DNA from: Spirochaetia bacterium
GTDB lineage: Bacteria; Spirochaetota; Spirochaetia; CAKZLE01
Assembly (NCBI GenBank): GCA_963677595.1
Contig: OY782041.1
Location: forward strand, 1,920,001 to 1,984,000
Reading direction: 5' to 3'
Length of the DNA stretch: 64,000 nucleotides
The notes under the pieces: generated by a model
What the model was told of the DNA's origin: nothing
Seen by the model: only the letters and a program-made list of their open reading frames with translations
The model's database searches: none
In this document: positions 49,077 to 57,139 of the stretch, piece by piece
Layout of the letters: every line of letters starts with the position of its first letter
Position numbering within the stretch: the stretch's first letter is position 1
Made by a program: the position numbers and the translations under genes

Positions 49077-49988
49077 ATGAGAGAGATAGCGATCAAGGCA
49101 GGGTATACCCTGATCTCCCTGTTCGTCATCACCAATTACGGCCTGCTCCTCATGGGGACGATGGCCAGGGTGCGCGCGAAGGTACAGGGTCGTATAGGAC
49201 AGCCGGTGTGGCAGCCCTATATCGACATCATCAAGAACAATACGCGGAGGACTGCGGTCTTCCACGGGGTCATGTTCTACCTCGGGCCGGTCTTCAGGCT
49301 GGCAGGGGGACTCGGGACCTACCTGTTCATCCCGGCAGTCTACGGCTCGCTGGTCTTCGCGAACTTCTCGTTCTCCGGGGACCTCCTGCTCGTCATGTAC
49401 TTCATCTTCTTCGGGCAGCTGGGAATGGCCTTGGGTGCCGGGCAGAGCGGGCACCCCTACAGCCCGATCGGGGTAGCGAGAGGCCTGGCCCAGATGACAG
49501 CCTTCGAGGTACCGTTCGCGCTGGCGGTCATATCGATCGCGGCACAGTACCAGACGCTCTCCATCACCGAGATCGTCGCCGTACAGCAGGGAGGCATCCT
49601 CAACTGGATAGCCTTCACCAACCCGCTGGCAATGGTGGCAGGGATGATCTCCTTCCTCGGGATGACGATGGGGAATCCGTTCAGTGTCGTCATCGCACCA
49701 CAGGAGATACCGATCGGGCCGCCTACCGAGATGAACGCCGGCTTCCTCGGGATGCTTCAGACGAACCGTGCGATCTTCCAGGGCGCCAAGCTGGTGCTCT
49801 TCATGAACCTCTTCTTCGGAGGGGCGACGAACATACCGGTGATGGTCGTGAAGACCTTCCTGATCTACTTCTATACCGTGTTCGTCGGGGCTTCCTTCCC
49901 GAGGTTCAGGGTCGACCAGTCGATCAAGTTCTTCTTAGGGATACCGACACTGATCGGTATCGCGGCAGTCGTGCTGCAGATGATCTAG
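49077..49988 (+). CDS. Complex I subunit 1-like protein (NuoH/MbsM)
   Basis: 'AKVQGRIGQP..QP..D..K', 'PF...APQEI..GP.TE', 'PRFRVDQ'. Confidence 0.92.
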   Translation: MREIAIKAGYTLISLFVITNYGLLLMGTMARVRAKVQGRIGQPVWQPYIDIIKNNTRRTAVFHGVMFYLGPVFRLAGGLGTYLFIPAVYGSLVFANFSFSGDLLLVMYFIFFGQLGMALGAGQSGHPYSPIGVARGLAQMTAFEVPFALAVISIAAQYQTLSITEIVAVQQGGILNWIAFTNPLAMVAGMISFLGMTMGNPFSVVIAPQEIPIGPPTEMNAGFLGMLQTNRAIFQGAKLVLFMNLFFGGATNIPVMVVKTFLIYFYTVFVGASFPRFRVDQSIKFFLGIPTLIGIAAVVLQMI

Positions 49989-50002
49989 TCAGAGGGGTTA
50001 AG

Positions 50003-50659
50003 ATGAAAGATACAGATGATAAACAGGACCAGCTCGAGGAGATTGCCAAGGAGCTGAGACTGGCAAACAGCGGGCTCCCGGAGGATGAGAGAGCGTACTT
50101 CTGCGATGCGAGGCCCGAGAAGATCGATCCCTACCGGGGGATCCTCGAGAAGTTCGCCAACTGGGCGAGATCGGAATCATTGTGGATCCTCGGGTTCGGC
50201 ACCGGTTGCGGGGCCATCGAGCTCAGGCCGCTGATGACCGCCCGCTATGACATGTACCGATACGGGATCCAGCCGAGGCCGACACCGCGCCAGGCCGGGG
50301 TCTTCGTGATCGGCGGCTATGCCTCGGTGAAGACGATGAAGCGGATCGTGCGCAGCTATGAGCAGATGCAGGGACCGAAGTTCGTCCTTGGGCTCGGCAG
50401 CTGCACGATCAACGGCGGTATGTACTGGGACAGTTACAACACCGTCAACCGGCTCGACCACTATATCCCGGTGGATGTCTATATCGCCGGATGCATGCCG
50501 AGGCCTGAGGCCCTGCTCGCAGGTTTCCTCAAGCTCAAGAAGATGATCAAGTCCGGGCAGTGCGACGGCATGAACACGTATGCCGAGAATTTCGACTGGT
50601 ACAAGCAGAACCAGAAACAGATCATCAAGCATTGGGAAATGCCTGATTACAACTGGTAG
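50003..50659 (+). CDS. NuoB/MbsJ-like Fe-S subunit
   Basis: Start ATG 50003; 'GTGCGAIE', 'GSCTINGG.YWDSYN', 'PVDVYIAGCMPRPEA'. Confidence 0.92.
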   Translation: MKDTDDKQDQLEEIAKELRLANSGLPEDERAYFCDARPEKIDPYRGILEKFANWARSESLWILGFGTGCGAIELRPLMTARYDMYRYGIQPRPTPRQAGVFVIGGYASVKTMKRIVRSYEQMQGPKFVLGLGSCTINGGMYWDSYNTVNRLDHYIPVDVYIAGCMPRPEALLAGFLKLKKMIKSGQCDGMNTYAENFDWYKQNQKQIIKHWEMPDYNW

Positions 50660-50672
50660 GAGGAGTGTGAGT

Positions 50673-51221
50673 ATGAGAGAACGATTGAGGGAAGTCTCAG
50701 GAAGATTTCCCGTGACCATACGCGAAGAACTCGCTCCTGACCGGGATGACCTGCTCTTCGTCGAGACCGGGACCGAATATGCGGTCTCCTTCATCACCTG
50801 GCTGCAGGAACTCGAGGGGTATACCCACCTCGTCTTCTTCACGGCAGTCGATTACATCGAGGAGGGGTACTTCCAGCTGACCTACATGCTGCAGAACTAC
50901 GGGAAGAAGCATGACCTCTGCGTCCTCGTCCGCCTCGAGCGGGAGAAACCCGTCATGGAGTCGATCCACCACCTCTGGCCCCATGCTGCGACTTACCAGC
51001 AGGAGCTCTATGAGATGTACGGGATCGAGTTCCCCGGTTCACCGAGGATGTATGAGGACTTCGTCCTCGAGGGCTGGGACGACCTTCCCCCGATGCGACG
51101 GGATTTCGACACGAAAGCCTATTCAGAGGAGACCTATTTCCCGAGACCGGGAAGGAAGACACACGATACTGCTGCCTACATGAAGGAGCAGCTCTATCCC
51201 GGGGAGGCCGAGACATGGTAG
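50673..51221 (+). CDS. NuoC/MbsK-like subunit
   Basis: Start ATG 50673; 'ELYEMYGIEFPG', 'LEGWDDLPPMRRDF'. Confidence 0.92.
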   Translation: MRERLREVSGRFPVTIREELAPDRDDLLFVETGTEYAVSFITWLQELEGYTHLVFFTAVDYIEEGYFQLTYMLQNYGKKHDLCVLVRLEREKPVMESIHHLWPHAATYQQELYEMYGIEFPGSPRMYEDFVLEGWDDLPPMRRDFDTKAYSEETYFPRPGRKTHDTAAYMKEQLYPGEAETW

Positions 51222-52390
51222 GAGCCAAGCAGAAAGAGAGCGGGAAGTTCCCGCCTGTCGTTGACGGAAAGAGTCAGTATGACCTCTATTCAGGGAAGTA
51301 CCTCAAGGTATGGCAGGGCCCGCAGCACCCCGGGATCACGGGGAACATGTCCCTCGAGCTCGTGACCTGCGGTGACCGTATCGTCGAGGCGAGGACCCAT
51401 GTCGGGTACCTCCACCGGGGATTCGAGAAGCTCATGGAGCGACGGAAGTATATCCAGTGCTTCCCCCTGGTCTGCAGGATCTGCGTGCCGGAGCCCGACT
51501 TCAACGAGTACCTCTTCGCAGAGTGTACCGAGGAGCTCGCGGGCATAGAGGTGCCCGAACGGGCGAAGTGGCTGCGTGCCATGAACCTCGAGATGGCACG
51601 GCTCACCTCGTTCCTCATGTGGCTCGGCGGACAGGCCGGGGCCTTCGGCATGGGAACGCTCGGGCAGTGGACGGTGACGATGCGTGACTACATGCTCGAC
51701 CTCTTCGAGGAGCTTACCGGTGGACGTATCTACCATATGTACATCATCCCCGGCGGGGTCCGCTCAGATGTGCCTGACGGCTATTTCGGCCGGGTCGAGG
51801 CTACCCTGCAGCAGATCGAGAAGGTCCTGAAGGACATCGAACTTGCGCTCTTCCATAACTCCGTCTTCAAGAAGCGGGCCAAAGGTCTCGGGTATATAGA
51901 CCCGTCTATGGTGGAGCTCTACGGCATCACCGGCCCGAACGCCCGGGGCAGCGGTATCGCGAGGGATATCAGGAAGGATGTCGGCTACCTCGTCTATGAC
52001 GAACTCGACTTCGAGCCGGTCACGGCGACTGACGGCGATGCCTATGCCAGGACCTGGGTCCGGTACCAGGAGATCCACCAGTCGATCGACCTGATCAGGC
52101 AGATGATGGCAAAGATGCCCGAAGGGCAGTTCTTCCAGAAGCTCCCCAACGTCCTCCATTGGAAGATCCCGGCAGGCCAGACCTACCGTCGTGCGGAATG
52201 CACAAGAGGGGAGTACGGCTTCTACATGGTCTCCGACGGGTCGGAGTACCCGAGGAGGGTCGCCGTCAGGGGACCGAGCTACACCCATGCCGTCACGCTG
52301 ATGGAACGGCTGGCAGTCGGGACGAACATCGCGGATACAGCAGGGTTGATGGTATCGCTCCACACCTATCCGCCTGAGATAGAGAGGTAG
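51215..52390 (+). CDS. NuoD/MbsL-like subunit lacking NiFe ligands
   Basis: 'GPQHP', 'GYLHRGFEKL', 'CRICVPEPD', C-terminus 'HTYPPEIER' (no C-terminal CxxC). Confidence 0.92.
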   Translation: MVGAKQKESGKFPPVVDGKSQYDLYSGKYLKVWQGPQHPGITGNMSLELVTCGDRIVEARTHVGYLHRGFEKLMERRKYIQCFPLVCRICVPEPDFNEYLFAECTEELAGIEVPERAKWLRAMNLEMARLTSFLMWLGGQAGAFGMGTLGQWTVTMRDYMLDLFEELTGGRIYHMYIIPGGVRSDVPDGYFGRVEATLQQIEKVLKDIELALFHNSVFKKRAKGLGYIDPSMVELYGITGPNARGSGIARDIRKDVGYLVYDELDFEPVTATDGDAYARTWVRYQEIHQSIDLIRQMMAKMPEGQFFQKLPNVLHWKIPAGQTYRRAECTRGEYGFYMVSDGSEYPRRVAVRGPSYTHAVTLMERLAVGTNIADTAGLMVSLHTYPPEIER

Positions 52391-52393
52391 TAT

Positions 52394-54178
52394 ATGAGTC
52401 TGAAAGATATAGTTGCACCGTTCTCCGTCTGGAAGCGGGTACTGGAAAAACCATACACAACGAAGAAGCCGATCGATGAGCGGCCGGGGGCAGCCCGGTA
52501 CCGCGGGTTCCATATAAACGACGTGGACAAGTGCATCGGCTGCGGGACCTGTGAGGAGATCTGCCAGAATGCGGCGATCGACCTGGTCCCCGTATCGAAG
52601 ACCAAGCACGGGGACTCCGGCCTGCGGCCGAAGATCGACTACGGCAGGTGCTGCTGGTGCGCGCTCTGCGTCGATATCTGCCCCACGGGATCGCTCGGGA
52701 TGAGCAATGAGTACATCTGGGTCGAGAACGACCCGGAGGCCTACCGGTTCATCCCCGGGCACGACGAGAAGAGCTGGAACGGCAGCGAACTCGGTTACCG
52801 CCGCGCTGAAGGCTATGACCTGCTCGAGGGCGAGCGGGTCGCCATGCCGATGCTCCCCTTCGAGGAGAGCCAGAAGAGCTTCATCGAGATGGTCCTCGGA
52901 TACTCGAAGGAACAGGCTCAGCGTGAGGCTGACCGGTGTATCGCCTGCGGCATCTGCGTCGCCACCTGCCCGGCTCACATGAACGTGCCTGACTACATCA
53001 AGGCCATACGTGACGATGACATGGAAGAGGGACTGCGGATCGTTTACCAGGCGAACCCGCTGCCTGCCTCCTGCGGGCGTGTCTGCTCCCATGCATGTGA
53101 GTATGTCTGTGCCGTGAAGCATAAGGGTGAGGCGCTCTCCATCCGCTGGCTCAAGCGGTACATCATCGACCAGATCTACAAGGACGACTATACGAAGATC
53201 CTTGACGAGATGCCGGAGGAGAACGGCAGGAAGGTCGCGATCATCGGATCGGGACCGGGGGGCTTGAGTGCCGCCTACTACCTGAGGCTCCTCGGGTACA
53301 GTGTGACGGTCTACGACGCGAACGAGAAAGCCGGTGGTATGCTTCGCTACGGAATACCCGAGTACCGGCTTCCCTACGACCAGGTCGACAAGGATATCGT
53401 GTATCTCACGACGCTGGGCGTGAAGATCGAGCAGAATGTACGTATCGGGGTGGACAAACCCATGAAGGAGATCTATGAGCAGAACGACGCGGTCTTCTTC
53501 TCCACAGGATTGACTGACCCCTACGGTCTCGGTATTGCCGGTGAGGACCTCAAGGGTGTCCTCTCCGGTCTGGGCATGCTCGATGACGTGACGAACGGCA
53601 AGACCCCGGACATCGGGGGATCGGTGGTGGTCATCGGCGGTGGTAACGTCGCCATGGATGCTGCCAGGACGAGCCGGCGGTACAAGGCTGACGTGACCAT
53701 CCTCTACCGGAGGCGCGAGGTCGATATGCCGGCCGATGTCGAGGAGATCGAGGAGTCCCAGGGAGAGGGCTGTACCCTGATCACCCAGGCGATCCCGCTG
53801 AGGATCGAGAAGGGGGACAAGACGAGGTTGAAGCTCTATTGGGGCAAGGCAGAGATGGTAGCCGACAGCAAGGGTGGCAGGCCGAGGCCGGTGCTCATCG
53901 AGGGTTCGGAAGAGCTCATCGAATGTGACACCATCATACCCGCGATCGGGCAGGCGGCAGACTACTCGTTCCTCCCTGATGATATTGCCAAGTCGGTCAC
54001 CTTCACCCGGGGCTATGTCGATGTCAACGAGTTCTACCAGACGGGTGACAAGAAGATATTCGCCGGAGGTGATATCGCAAACCCGAAGCGGGATGCCATC
54101 AGCGCCATCGCCAACGGCCACTCCGCAGCGAAGGGGATCGATATCTACCTGAACGATTTCGCTGAAGGGGAAGAATAG
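52394..54178 (+). CDS. Fusion of NuoI/MbsN-like 2x[4Fe-4S] domain with GltD/NfnB-like FAD/NAD(P)H oxidoreductase
   Basis: 'YRGFH...CIGCGTCEEIC...CCWCALCVDICP', then 'RCIAC..CVATCP', 'CGRVC...CE..C', 'GSGPGG', 'GGGNVAMD', 'YRR'. Confidence 0.9.
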   Translation: MSLKDIVAPFSVWKRVLEKPYTTKKPIDERPGAARYRGFHINDVDKCIGCGTCEEICQNAAIDLVPVSKTKHGDSGLRPKIDYGRCCWCALCVDICPTGSLGMSNEYIWVENDPEAYRFIPGHDEKSWNGSELGYRRAEGYDLLEGERVAMPMLPFEESQKSFIEMVLGYSKEQAQREADRCIACGICVATCPAHMNVPDYIKAIRDDDMEEGLRIVYQANPLPASCGRVCSHACEYVCAVKHKGEALSIRWLKRYIIDQIYKDDYTKILDEMPEENGRKVAIIGSGPGGLSAAYYLRLLGYSVTVYDANEKAGGMLRYGIPEYRLPYDQVDKDIVYLTTLGVKIEQNVRIGVDKPMKEIYEQNDAVFFSTGLTDPYGLGIAGEDLKGVLSGLGMLDDVTNGKTPDIGGSVVVIGGGNVAMDAARTSRRYKADVTILYRRREVDMPADVEEIEESQGEGCTLITQAIPLRIEKGDKTRLKLYWGKAEMVADSKGGRPRPVLIEGSEELIECDTIIPAIGQAADYSFLPDDIAKSVTFTRGYVDVNEFYQTGDKKIFAGGDIANPKRDAISAIANGHSAAKGIDIYLNDFAEGEE

Positions 54179-54248
54179 TACCAGAACCGGTTCTATAATG
54201 CGGCATATGCTGATATACTTCCCCGGAACAAGGTGGTGAGAGAAGAAG

Positions 54249-54596
54249 ATGGATTTGTTTGAGATGCACTGTGAGGAGACTATACTGGAGTTGCGGGAAC
54301 GGTTCTCAAGTTCCCGGTGTGAGCTGGTGGAGCGCATGATGTCGATCATGTCCAACCCCATCCGGTTTCACATCCTCTGTGCGCTCAACCATGAACCGTT
54401 CACCGTTTCCGAGCTGGTGGACCTCACCGACTCGCAGCCTTCGAACGTATCACAGCAGCTGAAGATGATGACCCTCGCCGGGTACCTGGACAAGGAACGG
54501 CGGGGGAAACAGATCTACTACCGGCTCATCGAGGATAAGGTGTCACGCATCATCAGCCTGCTCGAGGAGCTCTTCCCCTTTGACCAGCCAGAATAG
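54249..54596 (+). CDS. ArsR/SmtB-family regulator (BigR/SqrR-like features)
   Basis: 'SNPIRFHILCAL', 'VSQQL', 'RRGKQIYYRL'. Confidence 0.88.
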   Translation: MDLFEMHCEETILELRERFSSSRCELVERMMSIMSNPIRFHILCALNHEPFTVSELVDLTDSQPSNVSQQLKMMTLAGYLDKERRGKQIYYRLIEDKVSRIISLLEELFPFDQPE

Positions 54597-54813
54597 CGGC
54601 TTCGCTTACCTGAAACCTCACGAACAGACGCCTCACAAAAACAGCATACGACAGGAATACCATTGCGGAGTGGGGATTCCTGGGGTATAGTAGTAGTATG
54701 ATGTTACATCATGTAATGTAAGGTTTTCAGGCTATACACTACAGTTCTGTTCTGATCCGACTCTGCCTGATGATCTTTTCTGAGGGAATGTTCTGAAACC
54801 AGGGGGAGGAATC

Positions 54814-55623
54814 ATGGCAAAGACCTATCATGAGAAAGAGATCGATGAGAGATTGAAACTGCAGGTGCTCGATCAGATACCTACGCCTGTCATCGCGATC
54901 AATATGGAGTATGAGCTCATCTATGTGAATGATGCCGCCACGAAGCTGCGCGGCAGATCCAAGGAGAACCTCCTGGGGTATCACTGCTATGAGATGTTCG
55001 GGACACCTCACTGTAATACCCCGAGCTGCTGCATGCGCAAAGCCATGGAGACCGGGGAGATGTTCTCCGCACGGAACGAGATCCCCCTTGATGAGGGTGG
55101 ATCCATCCCCATCATGTATTATACCGTACCTCTCAAGGATGATGATGGGAATGTCATCGGCGGGCTAGAGTATATCGTCGATATCACGGACCAGGTCTCG
55201 TATGAGGCACGCATCAAGGAACAGAGCAAACAGATGTCCAAGATGTCGACTCCGACGATCAAGCTGTGGGAAGGGGTGCTGGTGCTGCCCGTGATCGGGG
55301 TGGTCGACTCTCTCAGAGCTCAGCTCATGATGGAGAGCATGCTCGACAAGATCGTTGAGACTTCGGCAAAAGTCATCCTCCTCGACATCCAGGGGGTGGC
55401 TGCCGTTGATACTGCCATCGCGAACCACCTGATCAAGATCACGAAAGCCACGAAGCTGATGGGCTGTGAATGCATCCTGTCCGGCATTTCTCCGGCGGTG
55501 GCCCAGACGATCATCCAGCTCGGTATCGACATGATAGACTCTATCAAGACCATGTCCACGCTGAGCGATGGACTGGCCGAAGCCTTCAAGATCCTGAACA
55601 TGCGGGTCGAGAAGATAGACTGA
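54814..55623 (+). CDS. rsbR: Stressosome RsbR-like protein (Cys-rich PAS plus STAS)
   Basis: STAS 'STPTIKLWEGVLVLPVIGVVDSLRA', 'AVDTAIA', 'LSGISP.VAQT'; N-terminal PAS. Confidence 0.88.
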   Translation: MAKTYHEKEIDERLKLQVLDQIPTPVIAINMEYELIYVNDAATKLRGRSKENLLGYHCYEMFGTPHCNTPSCCMRKAMETGEMFSARNEIPLDEGGSIPIMYYTVPLKDDDGNVIGGLEYIVDITDQVSYEARIKEQSKQMSKMSTPTIKLWEGVLVLPVIGVVDSLRAQLMMESMLDKIVETSAKVILLDIQGVAAVDTAIANHLIKITKATKLMGCECILSGISPAVAQTIIQLGIDMIDSIKTMSTLSDGLAEAFKILNMRVEKID

Positions 55624-55627
55624 GCAG

Positions 55628-56017
55628 TTGTCTATGGGGATGGTGGGAGGTTCGCTCAGGTCATCGATCACAGAGATCAATAATAATCTGATCATCACTC
55701 TTGCCGCTGAGATGGATGATGAGGATCTTGCGTCCTTCAGCGAATCGGTGACGTTATTCAGCCATGGTCGTAAGCTCAATGGGGCTGTCATAGATTTCTC
55801 TATGGTGCAGGTACTGGACAGCTATACGCTGGAGGTCCTGCTGTCGTTGTCGAAGCATATCACGCTGCTCGGAGCAGAGGTCGTCTGGGTCGGGTTGAAG
55901 CCAGGAGTGGTCATCGGGCTGATAGACCTGAACATCGATCTTGACCAACTCAAGTTCAGGACTGCACTGAACCTTGACAGGGGGCTGGTGCTGCTTCAAA
56001 AGGGGCAGAATTCTTGA
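55628..56017 (+). CDS. rsbS: Stressosome RsbS-like STAS protein
   Basis: 'GAVIDFS.V.VLDSY' (conserved phospho-Ser), 'VGLKPGV', 'TALNL..G'; start uncertain (55628/55634/55640). Confidence 0.85.
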   Translation: MSMGMVGGSLRSSITEINNNLIITLAAEMDDEDLASFSESVTLFSHGRKLNGAVIDFSMVQVLDSYTLEVLLSLSKHITLLGAEVVWVGLKPGVVIGLIDLNIDLDQLKFRTALNLDRGLVLLQKGQNS

Positions 56018-56499
56018 CTATGGCTGTGATGCAGGGAGCCCGTATGAGAGTGGAACAGGATCGGGCAGGTTTGATAGTACTCGAGACCTGCAGGGTGGAT
56101 ATAACGCATCCCTCCGACACGGGGCACGTGATCCCCCTCTGCAGGCTGATGGCCAGGAAGGCGGGCTTTTCTGAGCGAGATGAGTTCCTCCTTGCCACGG
56201 TCGCATCAGAGCTGACGACGAACATCGTCAGGTATGCCGGCAAAGGGGAACTGAACATCAGGATCCTCAGGAATCCCGCCACACGCCTGATAGGGCTCGA
56301 ACTCTATGCAGAGGATCATGGTCCGGGCATCGAGAATGTGGAACTTGCCATGACGGATAACTACTCGACAACGAGGAACAGCATCGGCTCAGGGCTGCCG
56401 GGGGTGAAGCGGATCATGGATGAGTTCTCGCTTGAGACAGCTGTCGGGGAGGGTGTCAGGATCAGGGCGGTGAAGTGGGGCAGACATGCAGAGGGTTGA
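56014..56499 (+). CDS. rsbT: RsbT-like Ser/Thr kinase
   Basis: 'ATVASELTTNIVRYA', 'DHGPGI', 'GSGLPGVKRIMDEF', 'KW'. Confidence 0.9.
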   Translation: MTMAVMQGARMRVEQDRAGLIVLETCRVDITHPSDTGHVIPLCRLMARKAGFSERDEFLLATVASELTTNIVRYAGKGELNIRILRNPATRLIGLELYAEDHGPGIENVELAMTDNYSTTRNSIGSGLPGVKRIMDEFSLETAVGEGVRIRAVKWGRHAEG

Positions 56500-57139
56500 G
56501 TACGGTACCGCAGTCCAGCCGTTGATCGGGGGGATCGAAGACAGCGGAGACATCGCTGTGGTCAGGGAGGATACGGGCTCTCTCTATTTTGCCCTGGTTG
56601 ATGTGCTCGGCCATGGGAGTGAGGCAGGGGAGGTCGCTGCGCAAGCCAGCCAGTTCCTGGGGTGTCACTGCGACGAGAGTCTGGTTGACCAGCTGAACGG
56701 GCTGCATGAGCACCTGAACGGGACAAGGGGTGCTGTTGCTGCGCTGTGCAGGTTGAATGTCGAAGACGGGACGCTGCAGCTGGCGGGTATAGGGAATATT
56801 GCCGTGCGGGTCATCGGTAGAGATTCATTTCAATTCGTACTTCGAGACGGGATCATCGGATACGGCCGGATCAAAGCCCTGCTCCAGGAGCGAACGATCT
56901 CACCGGGAGAATATATCGTCCTCCATTCAGACGGGATACGTTCCTTCCTCCGGGCAGAGAACTGTTTCGCTGCGATCAGGGGAAGTGCACATACCGTTGC
57001 TGACAATATCCTCAAGGAGTGTGCCTCTGGTGATGATGATGCTTCCTGTATTGTAGTGAGATATACGGGAGCAGATCCTATGGCCTCTTCATCCTATGTG
57101 CCGTTTACCGGCAGATTGTCCGGGAGGTCAGGTTCATGA
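56486..57139 (+). CDS. rsbX: SpoIIE/PP2C phosphatase (RsbX-like)
   Basis: 'SGD', 'VDVLGHG..A', 'GTRGA', 'GIGNI', 'HSDG', 'DDAS'. Confidence 0.8.
   Translation: MQRVEYGTAVQPLIGGIEDSGDIAVVREDTGSLYFALVDVLGHGSEAGEVAAQASQFLGCHCDESLVDQLNGLHEHLNGTRGAVAALCRLNVEDGTLQLAGIGNIAVRVIGRDSFQFVLRDGIIGYGRIKALLQERTISPGEYIVLHSDGIRSFLRAENCFAAIRGSAHTVADNILKECASGDDDASCIVVRYTGADPMASSSYVPFTGRLSGRSGS

Noticed and set aside
49208-50002. N-terminal extensions in the ORF track (also 4403, 8814, 18791, 20266, 20284, 39225, 45211, 62139)
   Set aside because: They overlap other genes or promoters; internal starts with an RBS or promoter fit the family lengths better.
51215-52390. NiFe hydrogenase (Mbh/Ech) large subunit
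   Set aside because: No C-terminal DPCxxC motif and no maturation genes; the motifs fit MbsL/NuoD instead.
52394-54178. Glutamate synthase small subunit
   Set aside because: No gltB nearby; it is fused to a NuoI-like domain at the end of a respiratory operon.
51764-54361. 865-aa ORF on the minus strand, and similar long antisense ORFs (10796-11866, 30666-31652, 34921-36138, 37569-38555, 48153-49454, 58318-59430)
   Set aside because: They lie antisense to well-supported genes and have no recognisable motifs; they are expected shadows of strong codon bias.
54704-54716. TTACAT-C-ATGTAA palindrome upstream of rsbR
   Set aside because: Single short occurrence with no supporting copy; could be an operator but cannot be supported.
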